DNA of 64,000 nt from Haplodiscus bocki (Eukaryota), in assembly GCA_965655095.1 (NCBI GenBank), contig OZ296653.1:56544001-56608000 (forward strand), given 5' to 3'. The notes below the pieces were generated by a model, which saw only the letters and a program-made list of their open reading frames with translations, had not been told where the DNA came from and ran no database searches. Below are positions 22,916-35,700 of this stretch, piece after piece. The translations under genes were made by a program, and so were the position numbers. The first letter of the stretch is position 1. Every line of letters starts with the position of its first letter.

Positions 22916-23502
22916 GTATTTTTTCATAAAAATAGCTTTCCGCCCCAGTTTTCAAGTTTTTTGGCAAAAACAAACAGATAACTATGAAACTTGGAAAAAA
23001 AATCAGAAAATACGATGACGTAAAGGTGCTTTTTCGAGAAAAAATTGTTTTCTTGTTTTTAGAAGACTTTTTTTTACAAAAATGAGAAGGCGCAAAATTT
23101 GCCGGAGGTAGCCGGCCGTCTCGTTTCTCATCTCTTGAAAAAATTCAAGATGTTTTCGAATTCCATTCGCTATAGCTGATATCAAATATAATTTTGTCGG
23201 AACATCATTCTTTGAGAAAAATATTCAAAATATTAACATTCAAGATTATACCACGACTTCCAAACATTCCTTCAATGATCAACCCATAATTGCTTCTTTC
23301 ACTACGCTGATTGAAGCAACGTCGGCACTGCGTACAATAGGAGATATTTACAATTAACTAACTTCACAATGACACGTATATGTACTAGCAAACTTGCCAG
23401 ATCGGCAAATTAAACATTCAAATTGTCCAAGACACTTTAAAGAGCCGTTCAACTTTTTTTTCGGCTTCAGAAGCACTATTATTACACTAAAGGAAAAAAG
23501 CA

Positions 23503-23665
23503 GGCATGATCATCATGACGCCATAACCGAAATACTATCACTGTTTCTACTCGCTTTTTTTAAAAGTCTGGCTATTTTTAATTGCTTGTTTCCTTCGCTC
23601 GAGAGTGGCGTCAAAAATTTTGATAATTTTCAAAAACCGATACATGGTTCACTAGCTCTATTTTA
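23503..23665. repeat. Dispersed repeat shared with 1525-1692
   Basis: Same terminal motifs as the 1525-1692 copy. Confidence 0.7.
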
Positions 23666-23991
23666 GATGGGATTCAATTGCAGTGAACTGAACAACAGCA
23701 GTACAACTGAAGTTAGATTTTATAGACGTTTTAGAGTTGTCTAATAGTTGTCCGAAAAAAAGTCACATGGTTTCCCTATAACTTCAAATACCTTGGACAA
23801 CAAACTAGCGAGTGTTTTTACAAGAATAAAACAATAATGATTTTTCCTGCCTCTACAGGCAGGTTCAACAGCTAACTGGCAGGATGCTCTTGCCATCAAG
23901 CTAAGTTTTTTGAAGATGACGTTAACTATTCTCAAAATTTATCATGTTTTTTTTCACAAATTTAGTTCAAAAAAAGGAACACTTACATCCT

Positions 23992-24041
23992 TCACTGATG
24001 ATCGAGGGCAGACAGCAGGGTCTCACCCGAAATAATTGTGA
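23992..24041 (+). ncRNA. Candidate Penelope-type minimal hammerhead motif
   Basis: TCA-CTGATGA-T...CCC-GAAA-TAATT-GTGA: both core boxes plus a short flanking complementarity. Confidence 0.4.
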
Positions 24042-24077
24042 CTTGTTAAATTTATAAGTGATTCATTTCTAAATAAG

Positions 24078-24902
24078 TTATTTTTTTCCGCTCCATATTT
24101 TATTATACGGAAAGGAGAATTATTCAATGGTTAGTGTCGTTTTTTTTAGACACATTTTGCCAATTTAAAACTCACTTCTAATAAGAATTTGTTCAATTTT
24201 AATGAGAATTATTCATTTGTTACGAAATTGGATAGTTCTTATATTACTACGTATAAATCCAAAACTGCGAGAAAATCGAGTTTTATTAATTTCCACCCAA
24301 TATTTCATTTTTGGAGTAAATAAGTAGACCAAAATTGTTCTGGATTTCACCATGAACAACCAGGCTCTATTTCCAAAGAAAATGCAATAATCCAAAGCCC
24401 ATTTTCAGTGCCAAAATAATGCGCGTCATTGAGTAATCTCAATTCAGAGAAGATTCTTTGAGCATTTACTGACAGTTGAAAACGTGACTACTTTTCACTA
24501 ATGTAATAACAAGTAAAATTTAAAAAAAAGGTTTTTTTACTAACCAGTTGCAGTACCCAGAGCGATGGTAGAGAACTAATCATTCGTTTAAAAATCAGGT
24601 TTTTTAACATCACATTTGTACCAGGAATCAAAAGTGCACACAGAAAGTTTCATTTCAATTTTTTTCACATTTCCCGTAAAATGCATCTAGCAGTGTTCTT
24701 TCTCATAAAATAGCTTTTTTGCCACTCAAAAGATAGCTTTGTTACCAAAATTTAAGCTTTCTTGAGAAAAAGAAATTGAGAAAAAAACTAAAACTTGGTT
24801 TGCGATGCAATTTTGGACATTTTTTTAGTTCGATTTACGTTTTAACGTTTCTTCCGTAATTTGGAAGTAGGAAAATATCGTGGATTGGCCGGGCGTGTTG
24901 TT
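24078..24902 (+). mobile_element. Diverged HINE-like copy containing a locally duplicated segment
   Basis: 5' ttattttt..ccgctccatat and 3' aggaaaatatcgtggattggccgggcgtgttgtt resemble the family ends. Confidence 0.5.
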
Positions 24903-25424
24903 CTTTCTTTCCTTCTTCTGTACAATCTGAAAACACAATCAACCGCTCGCCTAACCTCTACTTTCAATTATGTCACAGAAAGTTAAACTAGGAAATCATA
25001 ACATAATTTCTGTCACAAGTGTATTTCCCGCCCCTATCACTGAGCACCATTTCACAAGCACTTATCGCCATTAATTAAACGAAGACGCCTCCATCAATCT
25101 TATCATCCACTAATATATGTGGCAGCTTTATTTATAACGATTGACCTTCCGAAAAAAATAAGTAGACCAAAACTGTTCTGGATTTCACCATGAACAACCA
25201 GGCTCTATTTCCAAAGAAAATGCAATAATCCAAAGCCCATTTTCAGTGCCAAAATAATGCGCGTCATTGAGTAATCTCAATTCAGAGAAGATTCTTTGAG
25301 CATTTACTGATAGTTGAAAGTTGAAAACGTGACTTCTTTTCACTAATTTAATAACAAGTAAAATTTAAAAAGGTTTTTTTTACTAACCAGTTGCAGTACC
25401 CAGAGCGATGGTAGAGAACTAATC
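24318..25424. repeat. ~265-bp near-identical direct duplication (24318-24581 and 25156-25424)
   Basis: aaataagtagaccaaaa...gtagagaactaatc occurs twice with few differences. Confidence 0.95.
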
Positions 25425-25669
25425 CTACAGCCTTTTCATCCTCAGGCGGATCCACTACCACAACTCCTCACTGATATGACACCGCTTGAAATCTGCTGAT
25501 CATTCAACTCATCAAAAAGGTATCTTTTGTTGAGAACTTTGGGCACTGAGTTTCTCAATCAACAATGTATTTTGATGAAAACTCAACATGTCATGAAAAC
25601 ATAGGCCCCTTCCGGGCTTTTTATATTTAAGCAGAATCAATAACTTAGTCAGTCGAGAATCGCAGTCTT

Positions 25670-26460
25670 CGTGCTACTCCTATGCAAAACTTAGGTGATT
25701 AGGCCCTAGATGTTAAAATATAGGACTTCAAGTATCGACAAAATCAACTCAGTTTTCCGGATTCTTTCACAAAAAATTTTTTGCGAAAGTTCGAACCGCA
25801 ACCAAAAACTTTTAGGTCGTCGATTGGATTAGTCTCAGAAAATGTATGCAAAATTCAGCTAACTTGGAGGCCTAGATGCCAAGAAGAGACTTCCACTATC
25901 GACAAAATCAGCTCGATTTCCACCTTCTTCAGCAAATACCTATCGCAAAATATTTCACAATTAACGTTTCAAAAATTATGCAGTCTGAATTTCCTTCTAT
26001 TTAAAATCTCACTGATTCGGAGGTTTAATTGTCACCACAAAGGAATTGGAAATCTCGACAAAATCTACGTTGGAGTTCCTTTCGCAAAAACACCCATCTC
26101 AAACTTTTTGGACCACACCTTAAACTATACTAGTTCGTTGCTTGGGCTCTTGCTCGACCTTTTACGCGAAACTTGGGTCAGCTTCAGGCGTTGATGTCAA
26201 GCTATAAGAATTCAAGTCTCGACAAAAAAGCTTGATTCCCAAGTATATTTCACCAAAACCCCATCAATAAAATCTTTGGAGTCCAACGAATTTCAATAAA
26301 TCGAAGCTCGAGTGCTGATGTTGTTTCTATGCAAAATTCAGGTGAATTGAGGGCGTAGATGTAAACCTATAAGACCTCGAAAGTGGAAAAAAAACAGCCC
26401 TAATGAGTCCGACTTTCAAGATTCTTCAGCAAAAAATCTATCGGAAAGTTATTGGAACAC
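25670..26460. repeat. Degenerate tandem repeat
   Basis: Recurring tatgcaaaattcag...gatgt...tataagacttcaagtatcgacaaaatc motif. Confidence 0.55.
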
Positions 26461-27610
26461 AAAAAACTCCGTACCTGGTTGACCAAAGTCCTTCGGCAAT
26501 TTTTTTGCATACAGTAGAGAAATCGAACAAATATGAGAGGAGATATTGCGAGCCTAATAACATTTCACAATTAGAAATCTAACCTGAACATTCTTCGGAG
26601 AACAGCCTATAAATTTTCGTGACGAGGCCCCTATAGGATGATTGGCCCTCTTTAGGAAAATTGCGAGCCGGGCAAGCAATTAACCACTTTCAGCAACAAT
26701 AACATCATATCCACAATGACAAATCTGGAAAAAAACGGACAAAACCTCGTTCTAATACTAGCTTCACCTTTGACTTCGATATTGAAAATACGCCCCTGGT
26801 GGGACTCCAATATCGCAGCACTAGATCTGAAAACCACATTTTGAACCTATCAAATGAACACATGGCACTCTAGGGCACACGGAGGCTCAATTTTGATTCA
26901 AAAAGTAGATTCTACAAGATTTAAACACTTGTTGAAGCGGGGATTAGAAAGAATAGCAAGTGTGTTTTCGTCCAATTTGATGCATTCAAAGTCGGCGCTG
27001 TCCATCTGTCGTGTGCGAAAATTCCGGTGTACCATAGAGGGGGTATCACGCAAAAATTTAGAAAATTTTTCTCACAGAAAAAACTCTTGAGGGGGGCCTT
27101 TTGGTGCTTCTGGTATCGGAAAACTTTATGCGTAAGGGGGTGTCAAAATTTTTTGCCTCACAGTACCCAAAAAGTTCGTAAGGGGGACCGGGGACCAATG
27201 GGTGTTTCTGAAAGTTTCTGGTAACGAAGCTTTATACATAGAAGTGTATCATGATTTTTCGGCGAACTTCATTGTCTCGCAACACCAAAACTTTCGTTGA
27301 AGGAACCTTTTGGTGTTTGTGATTATTTGCCCGTCCTGGTGATAGCAAAACAATGTGTTTAATTACGTGGCACTAAGCGGCCTTGGCGTCATGATGATAA
27401 AAGCTGTGTGGTAGTAAACGTGTGGGAGAATGGTTTGGGACAAAATTTAGTGGTTTGAAAAAAAATCGGCGTAGTCCCTATAATAATTTTCGCCGTTGAA
27501 TTCGATATTGAAGAAATTTCCTAGTTGTGCGGCAAAATTCAGGTATTTGCGGCACATTCTTTTAATGGCAGAATCAAATCAAAAAATGTTTTTAAATCAG
27601 TAGACCGCAA

Positions 27611-27995
27611 TTTATTATTTTCCGCTCATAGTTATGATCAAGAAGGAAAATAACACAAAACGCCCAATACCGACGTTTTTCTCAATATTTACTTGCAAAT
27701 TGTCCGGGCTGAATGCCCAAATTCTGAATTTTAAAATTTTTCATCACCAAATTGTAGCACATTTGCCCTAGAATGCGACTGAAATAGTAAGATTTCTCAA
27801 AAGCGTAATAAATTTTGTTTTTTTTTTCGATAAAATAGATCGTTTTCGAAAAAAAAATGAAGTTTTTTTCAGAATCGGTAAAGGTGGCAAGTTTTCTGTA
27901 GAATGAATATCAAATGATATGATTTCTTTAAAATGTCGTTTCCGCGTTAATTGTGAATGTTTTGCAAAAAATCTGAAAATTTTCACTTGTTTCAA
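27611..27995 (+). mobile_element. Truncated HINE-like copy
   Basis: 5' ttattattttccgctcata and core gaatgcgactgaaatagtaagatttctcaaaa...taaaggtggcaa, matching 9925-10060. Confidence 0.65.
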
Positions 27996-30317
27996 ACTCA
28001 GATGGGTACACTGTGTCTTCTGCAAATTTGTACTATTTCAGAAACAATTTGCTGTATGTATATGGACACCGTTCTTAATTGAAGTAAGGTGAAAAGAGGC
28101 TGAGTAGGCTTTCCAATACGTTTTTCAGTTTCAAAGTATGCCGATCTTTGAAGGACTGTCAAAATAATTCATTGAAAGCGTCAATTTATGCCCAAAAACT
28201 TGTACATTCAACCGATCAATTTAAAACGTATCACAGGCGGATAGGGCTTCCAAAAATTTTGATTTTTTTATTTGCGCGCTTTCAACTCCCCCATGATGAT
28301 CCATAGAGTCCCTCCTGTACTCCCACACAGTATTTTTTGAATTTTTGAAATTTCGCCCCAAATTCCTTATTTCGGACGAGTTCACAAAATTTCGTACGAA
28401 AAAGCCTCAGAAAAACAAAACCTGAATAACAAAAATTTCACTCTAGAGGTGAAAACGTGAAAAAGTTTCTAGATTGGATAGATTTTCGTGAAAAATCGGA
28501 GATCAAAATTCGTAAGATAGCTTCACGTACGTTTTCTTCAGGCTCTAAGTAAGACAAACTATAGTTTTAACAAACAAAAGCCAAAAATATAAAACCGAAT
28601 GGGTCCGGAAAAAATAACTCCGTTGTTAAAAAATAAGTCACCAAACAGTTAACTTACTCAGTCGCCGGGTTGCGGAATCAGCAACATTAATGGAACCAAT
28701 AAGAACATAAAGAAATAATTCAAATTTCATTTTCTCCTATTTCATTGACTCCTGAGAAAGTGAGACGGATCCAATAGGAAAGGAGTCCAGTGTTGGATAT
28801 AATGTCCAAAAGAATGTTTTGCCTACAATTAAGCTGCCAAGATATGAGAAAAAAGGCAAATACTAATAATTAAATTTTATGTTGGAAAAGCCAAAACAAA
28901 TATAGAAAAATCATATTCAACAATCACAGTACAAATGCCTGAAGCACTTCATTTCTTTATACCTGAGCCTTCTCTGTCCCGGAATGAAAAAATTGGTTTA
29001 TTTTAATATTGTCGCGCTATTTTAAACCTTTGACAATATTCCAAACAAATTAATCGATTTCGCATTTATGCTTTTGGAAGGCAAAGAATCAATGCTGCTT
29101 TGAAATTTTTAAACTTTACTTGCCATTAGACGTAGTGAAAATTAGAAAGTTTCAAAAAATCAAGCTTTTTGAAAATTTTTTTGATTCCATAAAAGTAACG
29201 GGCCCCCAAAGAGTATGAAATGAAGCAAACTTCACAATTTAGAGCAACTGTTTAACCAATGAGTCTTTTAAGGCAGCATCTACAATTCTCCCGGTTTATT
29301 CAGTAGAGCCAATCTAAGTGGCCATCCATCTAAACTTGATCTGTCAAACTGTCTCACAGCACTAACGGCCAAGCTGAGCGACTCGAATGTCACTTCTCCA
29401 GTACCTGAAATGACCATGCAACATTTAAACTCTCATTTCTCATAAGAACCACTGCATCGAAGCCAAAACTACCAAAGTTCATCACTTGCAATAGTAAAGT
29501 TGAAATGATTCCATTTTTCAAAAAAAATCAATGTTATGCTTTCAGTTGTTTCAATTCTTTTCTCGGGCACCTGTGTTTTCTACTCAATGCTTCAACTCTT
29601 CTAAAATTCTGAATATTTAAAGCTATTTACAAAAAACGCCAGCAAGTTTTCACCTACGCATTCAATTGAGTATTTCCTTCCGTGGGCTGTCCTTACACAT
29701 TTGAGTTGCTTCACCTGGTCTGGTCATTTTTGCTCGAGAATAACTCCAAAGCGTTCAAAATGTCTTTTCAAACGACTTTCAACCGATGCAAACTATTTCG
29801 CTTAAATTTATCGCAGGAATATAAAAGAAGAAAGGGCGTTGGATGTCTTTTTAACACCATGGTAAGAAAAAATGCTTACCTAAAGGACTGCCTGTGGAAG
29901 AGTAATGAACGACACATCTTTTGGTTCCACCGATTGGCTCAAATACTTTCGTCAACTCATCATCCGATATCGAGGGGCTAAGGTTTGAAATGTGAATTTT
30001 GGTCAAAATCGTTTCTGCATGAGTAGAACCAACCTCTTCAGCAGGAACATCTGAAACAGTTGTCTACTAAATCGATCAATATTAAATTCAAGATCTCATG
30101 AAAAACGATCAACGTTTACATTTTTAATTTCACGAAAGTTTTAGACAGATCTAAGCCTCAAAATCAGACACAGGGACGAAGCGGAACTTCACACCACATT
30201 CTGACTTGTCAGTTGTCATCGCTGATCCTGTAAGACATTTCAGACCATGATCAGAGATGTGACACTTTTAGAACTACTATACCAGCTTCAATCAAGAGTT
30301 TGTCCCACGCCAAATTG

Positions 30318-30690
30318 AGACAAGTACTTGTCACAGGGTCTGTTTCATACTCGAAAACTTGATGTCAATCATGTCTTTTCAAGTCACGCCATTTTGCTCC
30401 TCAATGCTTAAGAAGTTTGTACAGTAAGAGAAATGCGAAAATGAACAAGTACTTGTCAAAATGTTTCGTGCAAAAAATTGAAAATGTCAATTACGTCTTC
30501 TCAGGTTACCCCATTTTGCTGCCCAAAGTTTAAAAAGTTAGCACAGAGAAAACGAGAAAATGAACAAGTACCCGCCACACTCTCATTCTAAAATTAGATA
30601 TGTCAATCATGACTTTTTAGCTTGCCCCATTTTGTTGCCCAATGTTTAGGAAGTTTTAACAGTAAAAAATGCAAGAATGAAGTACCTGCC
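30318..30690. repeat. ~120-bp tandem repeat, about 3 copies
   Basis: Repeated acaagtac...tgtcaatc...ccattttgc...aagtt...aaaatga. Confidence 0.8.
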
Positions 30691-31196
30691 AAAACGAAGC
30701 ATTTTTGGCCACTCACACTAGATGACTAGGCTCTCTGATGACGTCAAAAAATGCAAGTTTTGGACAAGATAAAAACTAAGCATAAGCAGGTTTCCAATAG
30801 ACATTCTTTCAGTCAGAATGTGTACCAAAATATAGTAGACAAAGGGATAGCATAGCGCAGGAAGAATTCGAAACTTTGCTGTAAAGGTAGTGAGACATTG
30901 CGAAAGTTTTTGGCATGTGTATTTTAAAGGAATGGGGATATCAGGAAAAAAATGTTTTTTTTTTGGTAAAACTAGCAGAGTATCATAGTTTCTCTATTGA
31001 AAAAAGAGAAAATACCACTGATACAGTGATTCAAACAGGCCACTTCTAGAGTCGCAGCCGTTCGTTCTATCCCCCAGCGACGAAGATGCTCAGTTATGCT
31101 GAATTTTATTTGGCATTTCAAAAACAATAAGTTCTTAAAGATAACTTAAAGATAGAGTTTTACGCAGGTTTTAAAGAGACGAACAAAAATCCAGTA

Positions 31197-33300
31197 TCAT
31201 AAACCTCCAGCATTGCGAACTAAACAGAGACATAGTGGCCACCCATCTAGTGGCACTCCATTGTACTGTTTCACAACTTCCTCTACTGACGATGAATCTT
31301 CGTAGTGTACCTCAGCTGAACCTTGCGGAACTCCATCTTTGGTATGATGAACAGAATAGAATTTCATGCTGCTGAACTCGGAGAAGAGGTCATTGATGTC
31401 ACTTTCAGACACCTGGGGATCTAGATTGGATATGTGCACTTTGTACAGTCCAGACTTGAACGATAATGAATGCAACACGTCTGATTCTTTTTCTGATTCT
31501 GTGCATTCAACTGTCGCAGTTCTTTCATCTGCAGAAACAATGAGAATATAACTTGAAATTTCAGCAAAACTATCAGTCTTCGTTGTTGACGCTACTTTTT
31601 TTAACCCTAATTTGCTCAGAAATCCTGAAAGGCCGCCGCTTTAAAGAAGTGATTATAGTTTACCAGGAATTAATAAACAGTTTTTAGTTGGCGTTTTATG
31701 AAATGAAAAGCCGACTATTGTAGTCTTTTTTGAAAAAAAAAATTGAAGATCACAACGATATGTCGACTTTTCTCCCAATTTTATCTCTGGCACAATATTT
31801 ATCTTATGCATAAAACTTTATGCATACTACCCCTTATAAATAAAGTTGTTCGATCCCAATAATTTTCAAGTACCAAAAAAGCCCTCACGAATTTTTTTGC
31901 TACTGTGAGACAAAAATTTTTCGACATCTTTTTTGTGATACCCCCCTCAATAGTTTACCACAATTTTCATACTCGCAAGATAGGTAGTGCCAACTTTAAG
32001 CTCTTTCCAGCTTGTTTTATTAAAATTGGAACGAAAAGGGATTTCCTTGAGATATAAATAGTAAGCGAGCATTTAGAGTCTTCTTACCATTAAATTTTTG
32101 TAGATTCAGCAGTTAATAACGTGTGCAAAGGGAATCTTTACCGACAACTATACAATAGAACTATCACATGCAAATTAACAGCTTATCCTACAAAATACCA
32201 ACCATTAACTAGTTTGGCTCGTTTCTGATGAATATCGTCAGAACCCTCGACCCTTGTGACGGTCTAAAAAGAAGAAAAAGTGCTAATTTTCAAGTCAAAA
32301 AGTTGACCCCAGGTTCACATTCAGCTCGAAAGCAGTACTGACCGTTGAAGACTTCGACTTATTTTGATTAGGCAGGATCTCATGAAGACTCTCGGGCTTC
32401 GCCTTACCCTTCCACAAGTACTCCACAATCCTCTTTGGGGGTGTCTCTTGTAGAGAAGGTTCAATACCCTCCACCCAAACTACATGTCTTCTAAATATGG
32501 AATTGACTGAATGTAAATCACTTTTCCTACATATACGATACACATGTACTGAGTCCACGTAATGTTTAGACAAGGTGAACACGTTGGGATTCGTAGCTGA
32601 TCGATCGCGTTTCTGTATGTAATATTTGGGTGCCTCCGTGAGGTCCTCAGCATCTTCTTGGAAAGCTTCTATGGCTATGATCGTATTTTGTTTCGAAATA
32701 CACCTGCAAATAAGCTCAATATGAATTGCATTGTAGCTACGAAGCTGTCATATTTTGACGCCATTAATGATTTTGTTGCCGCAAAATGAACTGAAACAAA
32801 ATATATTTCTGAAACTCTTTTCTTGAAGCACAGTCGTCTTTGCAACAAAAATTGGATTAAAACCTTCGAACGATAACAAGTTTCCAGTGCCTTTCGAAAA
32901 CACAATGCTTTCAGTATTTAAAGTTAGGTTGAATCATACTTAAAAATGATCCAAACCTGTAAAATAATTTATTTTTGTTAGAAAGTGGAGTCCACATCCA
33001 CAGATCAAGGTAGTCATCACTGATGGCCTCATCAGCCGATATGATGTAATAGCCATTACAGTCAGGGTATTCAGGCAATTTGTCGCATGTTGTCTCTGAG
33101 AATATGACTTCGAACACCTGCATAGGACTCAGCAACGCATTTCCTTTGGCGTAAACAGCCAACTCCACGTCTATCTCCTGTTCTGTTGAAACTGGTTCAT
33201 TGCCTATGAAAGAATCATCGTGAGCCCGAATAGGGGTGGTTGTATCATCATTGCAAACAATGTTGCCTATGTCGGCCAAATGATGACCCACAACCGCCAT
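31197..33300 (-). CDS. Predicted 3-exon gene (~355 aa): CG-1/WRKY-like domain + ALYREF/THOC4-type RRM; exons 33300-32957, 32703-32408, 31624 (or 31528)-31197
   Basis: GT-AG introns with matching phases (AG|gtttgg...tttgcag|G; G|gtaagg...tttcag|GA) give an uninterrupted frame. The last exon has KVHISNLDPQVSESDINDLFSEF...GSAEVHY...KQYNGVPLDG (ALYREF RRM). Confidence 0.7.
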
Positions 33301-33361
33301 TAAACCTGAAAAAAGTTCATTGCGTACATTTAGAGATACGAAAGTGCAAGGACACCCTAGT

Positions 33362-33585
33362 TTAGGAAAAATACATTTGCAAGATTCTAGTACGAATCTT
33401 TCCAGAAATGTATTGCGTGGGAGGATCTTCCAAGAAAAGCATTTCCTAGGAGAATCTTGCAAAAAAATAACTGTCTGTGACAAATCTTGCAATACATGCA
33501 TTCACTAGCAAGAATCTAACAAGGATTGCATATTTTGCAGGATTGTGAAATTTTTTTTGGGAAGAATATTGCAAGATTATTGAAA
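33362..33585. repeat. Degenerate short-period array (tcttgcaagaa-like)
   Basis: Repeated ttgcaag/tcttgca motifs in both orientations. Confidence 0.6.
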
Positions 33586-33999
33586 GAAATGCGCTTTTGC
33601 GCAACTGGAATACACGAAACGAACATCCAGATCTAGTTCATACAAATTCGACAAAAAGAACATATTAATTTTATTCGGTGCTTTACTATAAGCACGACTA
33701 TGAAAGGGAGTAATAGAAAAAATGCCCGACTATTACATGGGCTCCTGTTTTTTTTTCAGTTGCGTAAAACTGGGAACTGTTGAAACAGTTTGGGGCATCA
33801 CAAATTTCAAGGTACCCATTAATTTCAGGGCCAGGAACGCAAAAAGAACGTTTTTATGAACGAAAAACTCTTACGAAGGCACATACCGAAGTCGTTTGAA
33901 CTAAGGACTTCCTCAGACAGTATAAGTAGTAACAAAGTCCCTACACTAAATTTCCAAATTTTCAATACAACGGTTAATTTTTGAATTATACCAAACTGT

Positions 34000-34950
34000 T
34001 GGTCCGAATAGTCACAACTTTTCAAGAACACTGAGCCCTCCTCATGGATATTTCGACCGTACGGACGACGCCAACTTGGGCGGCTCTCGGCTCGTTTGTA
34101 CATCTAGCAGTGAACTCCACAGTAAATAGCATATAACTGATCAATATTTCCGTATACAAATGTAGCAGTTCTTGTGTTTACAAGAAGACCCTTGAAAGTA
34201 AGAAATCGGAATACCAAAACTTGCAAGCTGCTCTCAAAACAATTCGACGTAAAATTAAAGTAGCTTGAGTGGAACCTTGATTTTTCTAGTATATTGCTTG
34301 ATGTATTGAATAATGAGATGAAAGTCTAATAATTCCCGTTTTACACCAAATTCGGTAAACATGTGAAGCATTCAAGGTACAAAACATGTTACCATAAAAC
34401 TTTTGCGTCTTACCATTCCTATAATTTCGACCTGGATGATGTCTATGTAGCACGGACTCCCAAATCTGACCTAGAGCTAGCGCAAGTTATCTGAATTTTG
34501 TGTTTTACCAACTAAACAATTCTTCATTGTCATATGTGAGCACTGATGATACCCTCAAGCTTAATTAGTGGTAAGATAATTATCAACATCTTCGATAAAG
34601 ATAGAGCGACACCTTTTTAACACTTGTCACAAATACTCCCAGATCTACGACGTCGACAATCTTTCGCTTATAATAAAACGTCGTTTCTGTGCCCGAAATA
34701 AACCAGCTCCCTGTAATACAAACCACGCCCACAAAAATTCAGATTTGAAAAGTTCCCAAATGATAACAGGACGGTCAGCTAGAACCGGCATAGGTTTTCT
34801 GCATTACTAGGCGATATCGATTTATCAGGGATAAATTTCCGATGCAAGGAACTTATTCTAAGATGTTCCCACTGAATGATATCCTACAATCAGAATATTG
34901 TTCATTGACACCTTGAAGGAGGAAATCCGGAGCTGTTTTGAGAAGAATCG
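34000..34950 (+). mobile_element. Highly degraded CR1-like RT remnant
   Basis: Traces of RT motifs (RRPLKVRNR-like, SLSGTLIFLVY, YTK) with no open frame. Confidence 0.3.
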
Positions 34951-35277
34951 AGTTTGATTATCCAGACGAATCATTCAAATATCCAATTTTTGGTAATTTC
35001 TGACTAGGGATTTTTCAATTTTCTTGAATATAACGCTTCTAGTGTCGATTTCTAGAGTTTGAATCTTTCGACTCAGATGTTTCCAACTTTTGAGTTGATC
35101 AGGCTAACGTTTGGAATTACTCCTCAATACAACGGTAACATCACGGTTACTTTCTCCGCAGGTTTACTGAGCCTTAGAAATTTATACTAACTCTCAAGGT
35201 AAATGATGTGCAATTTACAATGTGACAAAATTTTGCCGACTTTTTCGGAAGAAAAGATCCAAGATTTTTATCATTTG

Positions 35278-35412
35278 ATGGAATATCATCCATGAATCAT
35301 AGAAAATCATCCATGAATCATAGAATATCATCCATGACTCATGGAATATCATCCATGACTCATGGAATATCATCCATGACTCATGGATACCATGCCATGA
35401 TCATGGAATGAT
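35278..35412. repeat. 21-bp minisatellite (ATGGAATATCATCCATGACTC), about 6 copies
   Basis: Directly visible tandem units. Confidence 0.9.
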
Positions 35413-35700
35413 TCTCGGCATTGCGAGGCATTAATGAATATCTATGGATGGTCAACCTGGGAAACAAAAGACTAGGTTACCCAATCCAACCCAATGGAAA
35501 AAATCCCGAAAGAATAAAATTTTCTTGCAAAGAACAATGCTCCATTTTCTCATAAGATAGCCTCGACGTAAGAGTGTCTTGTCCGCGGTTTATAGTTTAT
35601 CAAGACTGACAAGAACAACTTTTTGGACCCAAGAAGCGTCGGATTGAAATGTTCTGAAAAGCTGGAAAGATGCCAAAAGTTTTACCCGAATGAATTAGAA

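Larger units (their letters stand above)
9165..23127 (+). mobile_element. HINE-like element split by the LTR retrotransposon (9165-10067 and 22916-23127)
   Basis: 5' subTIR ttattttgcgccatat with an adjacent hairpin ccatattctttagaatatgg, and an internal 9-bp tandem array. The 3' end aaggcgcaaaatttGCCGGaggtagCCGGC lies at ~23087-23117. The core resumes across the LTR TSD. Confidence 0.75.

Noticed and set aside
32704-32956. MITE insertion disrupting the 32.3-33.3 kb ORFs
   Set aside because: The interval is explained as a phase-2 GT-AG intron that restores the frame exactly.
35278-35412. Regularly spaced palindromic repeats resembling a CRISPR array
   Set aside because: Head-to-tail 21-bp units with no unique spacers, no cas genes and a eukaryotic context.
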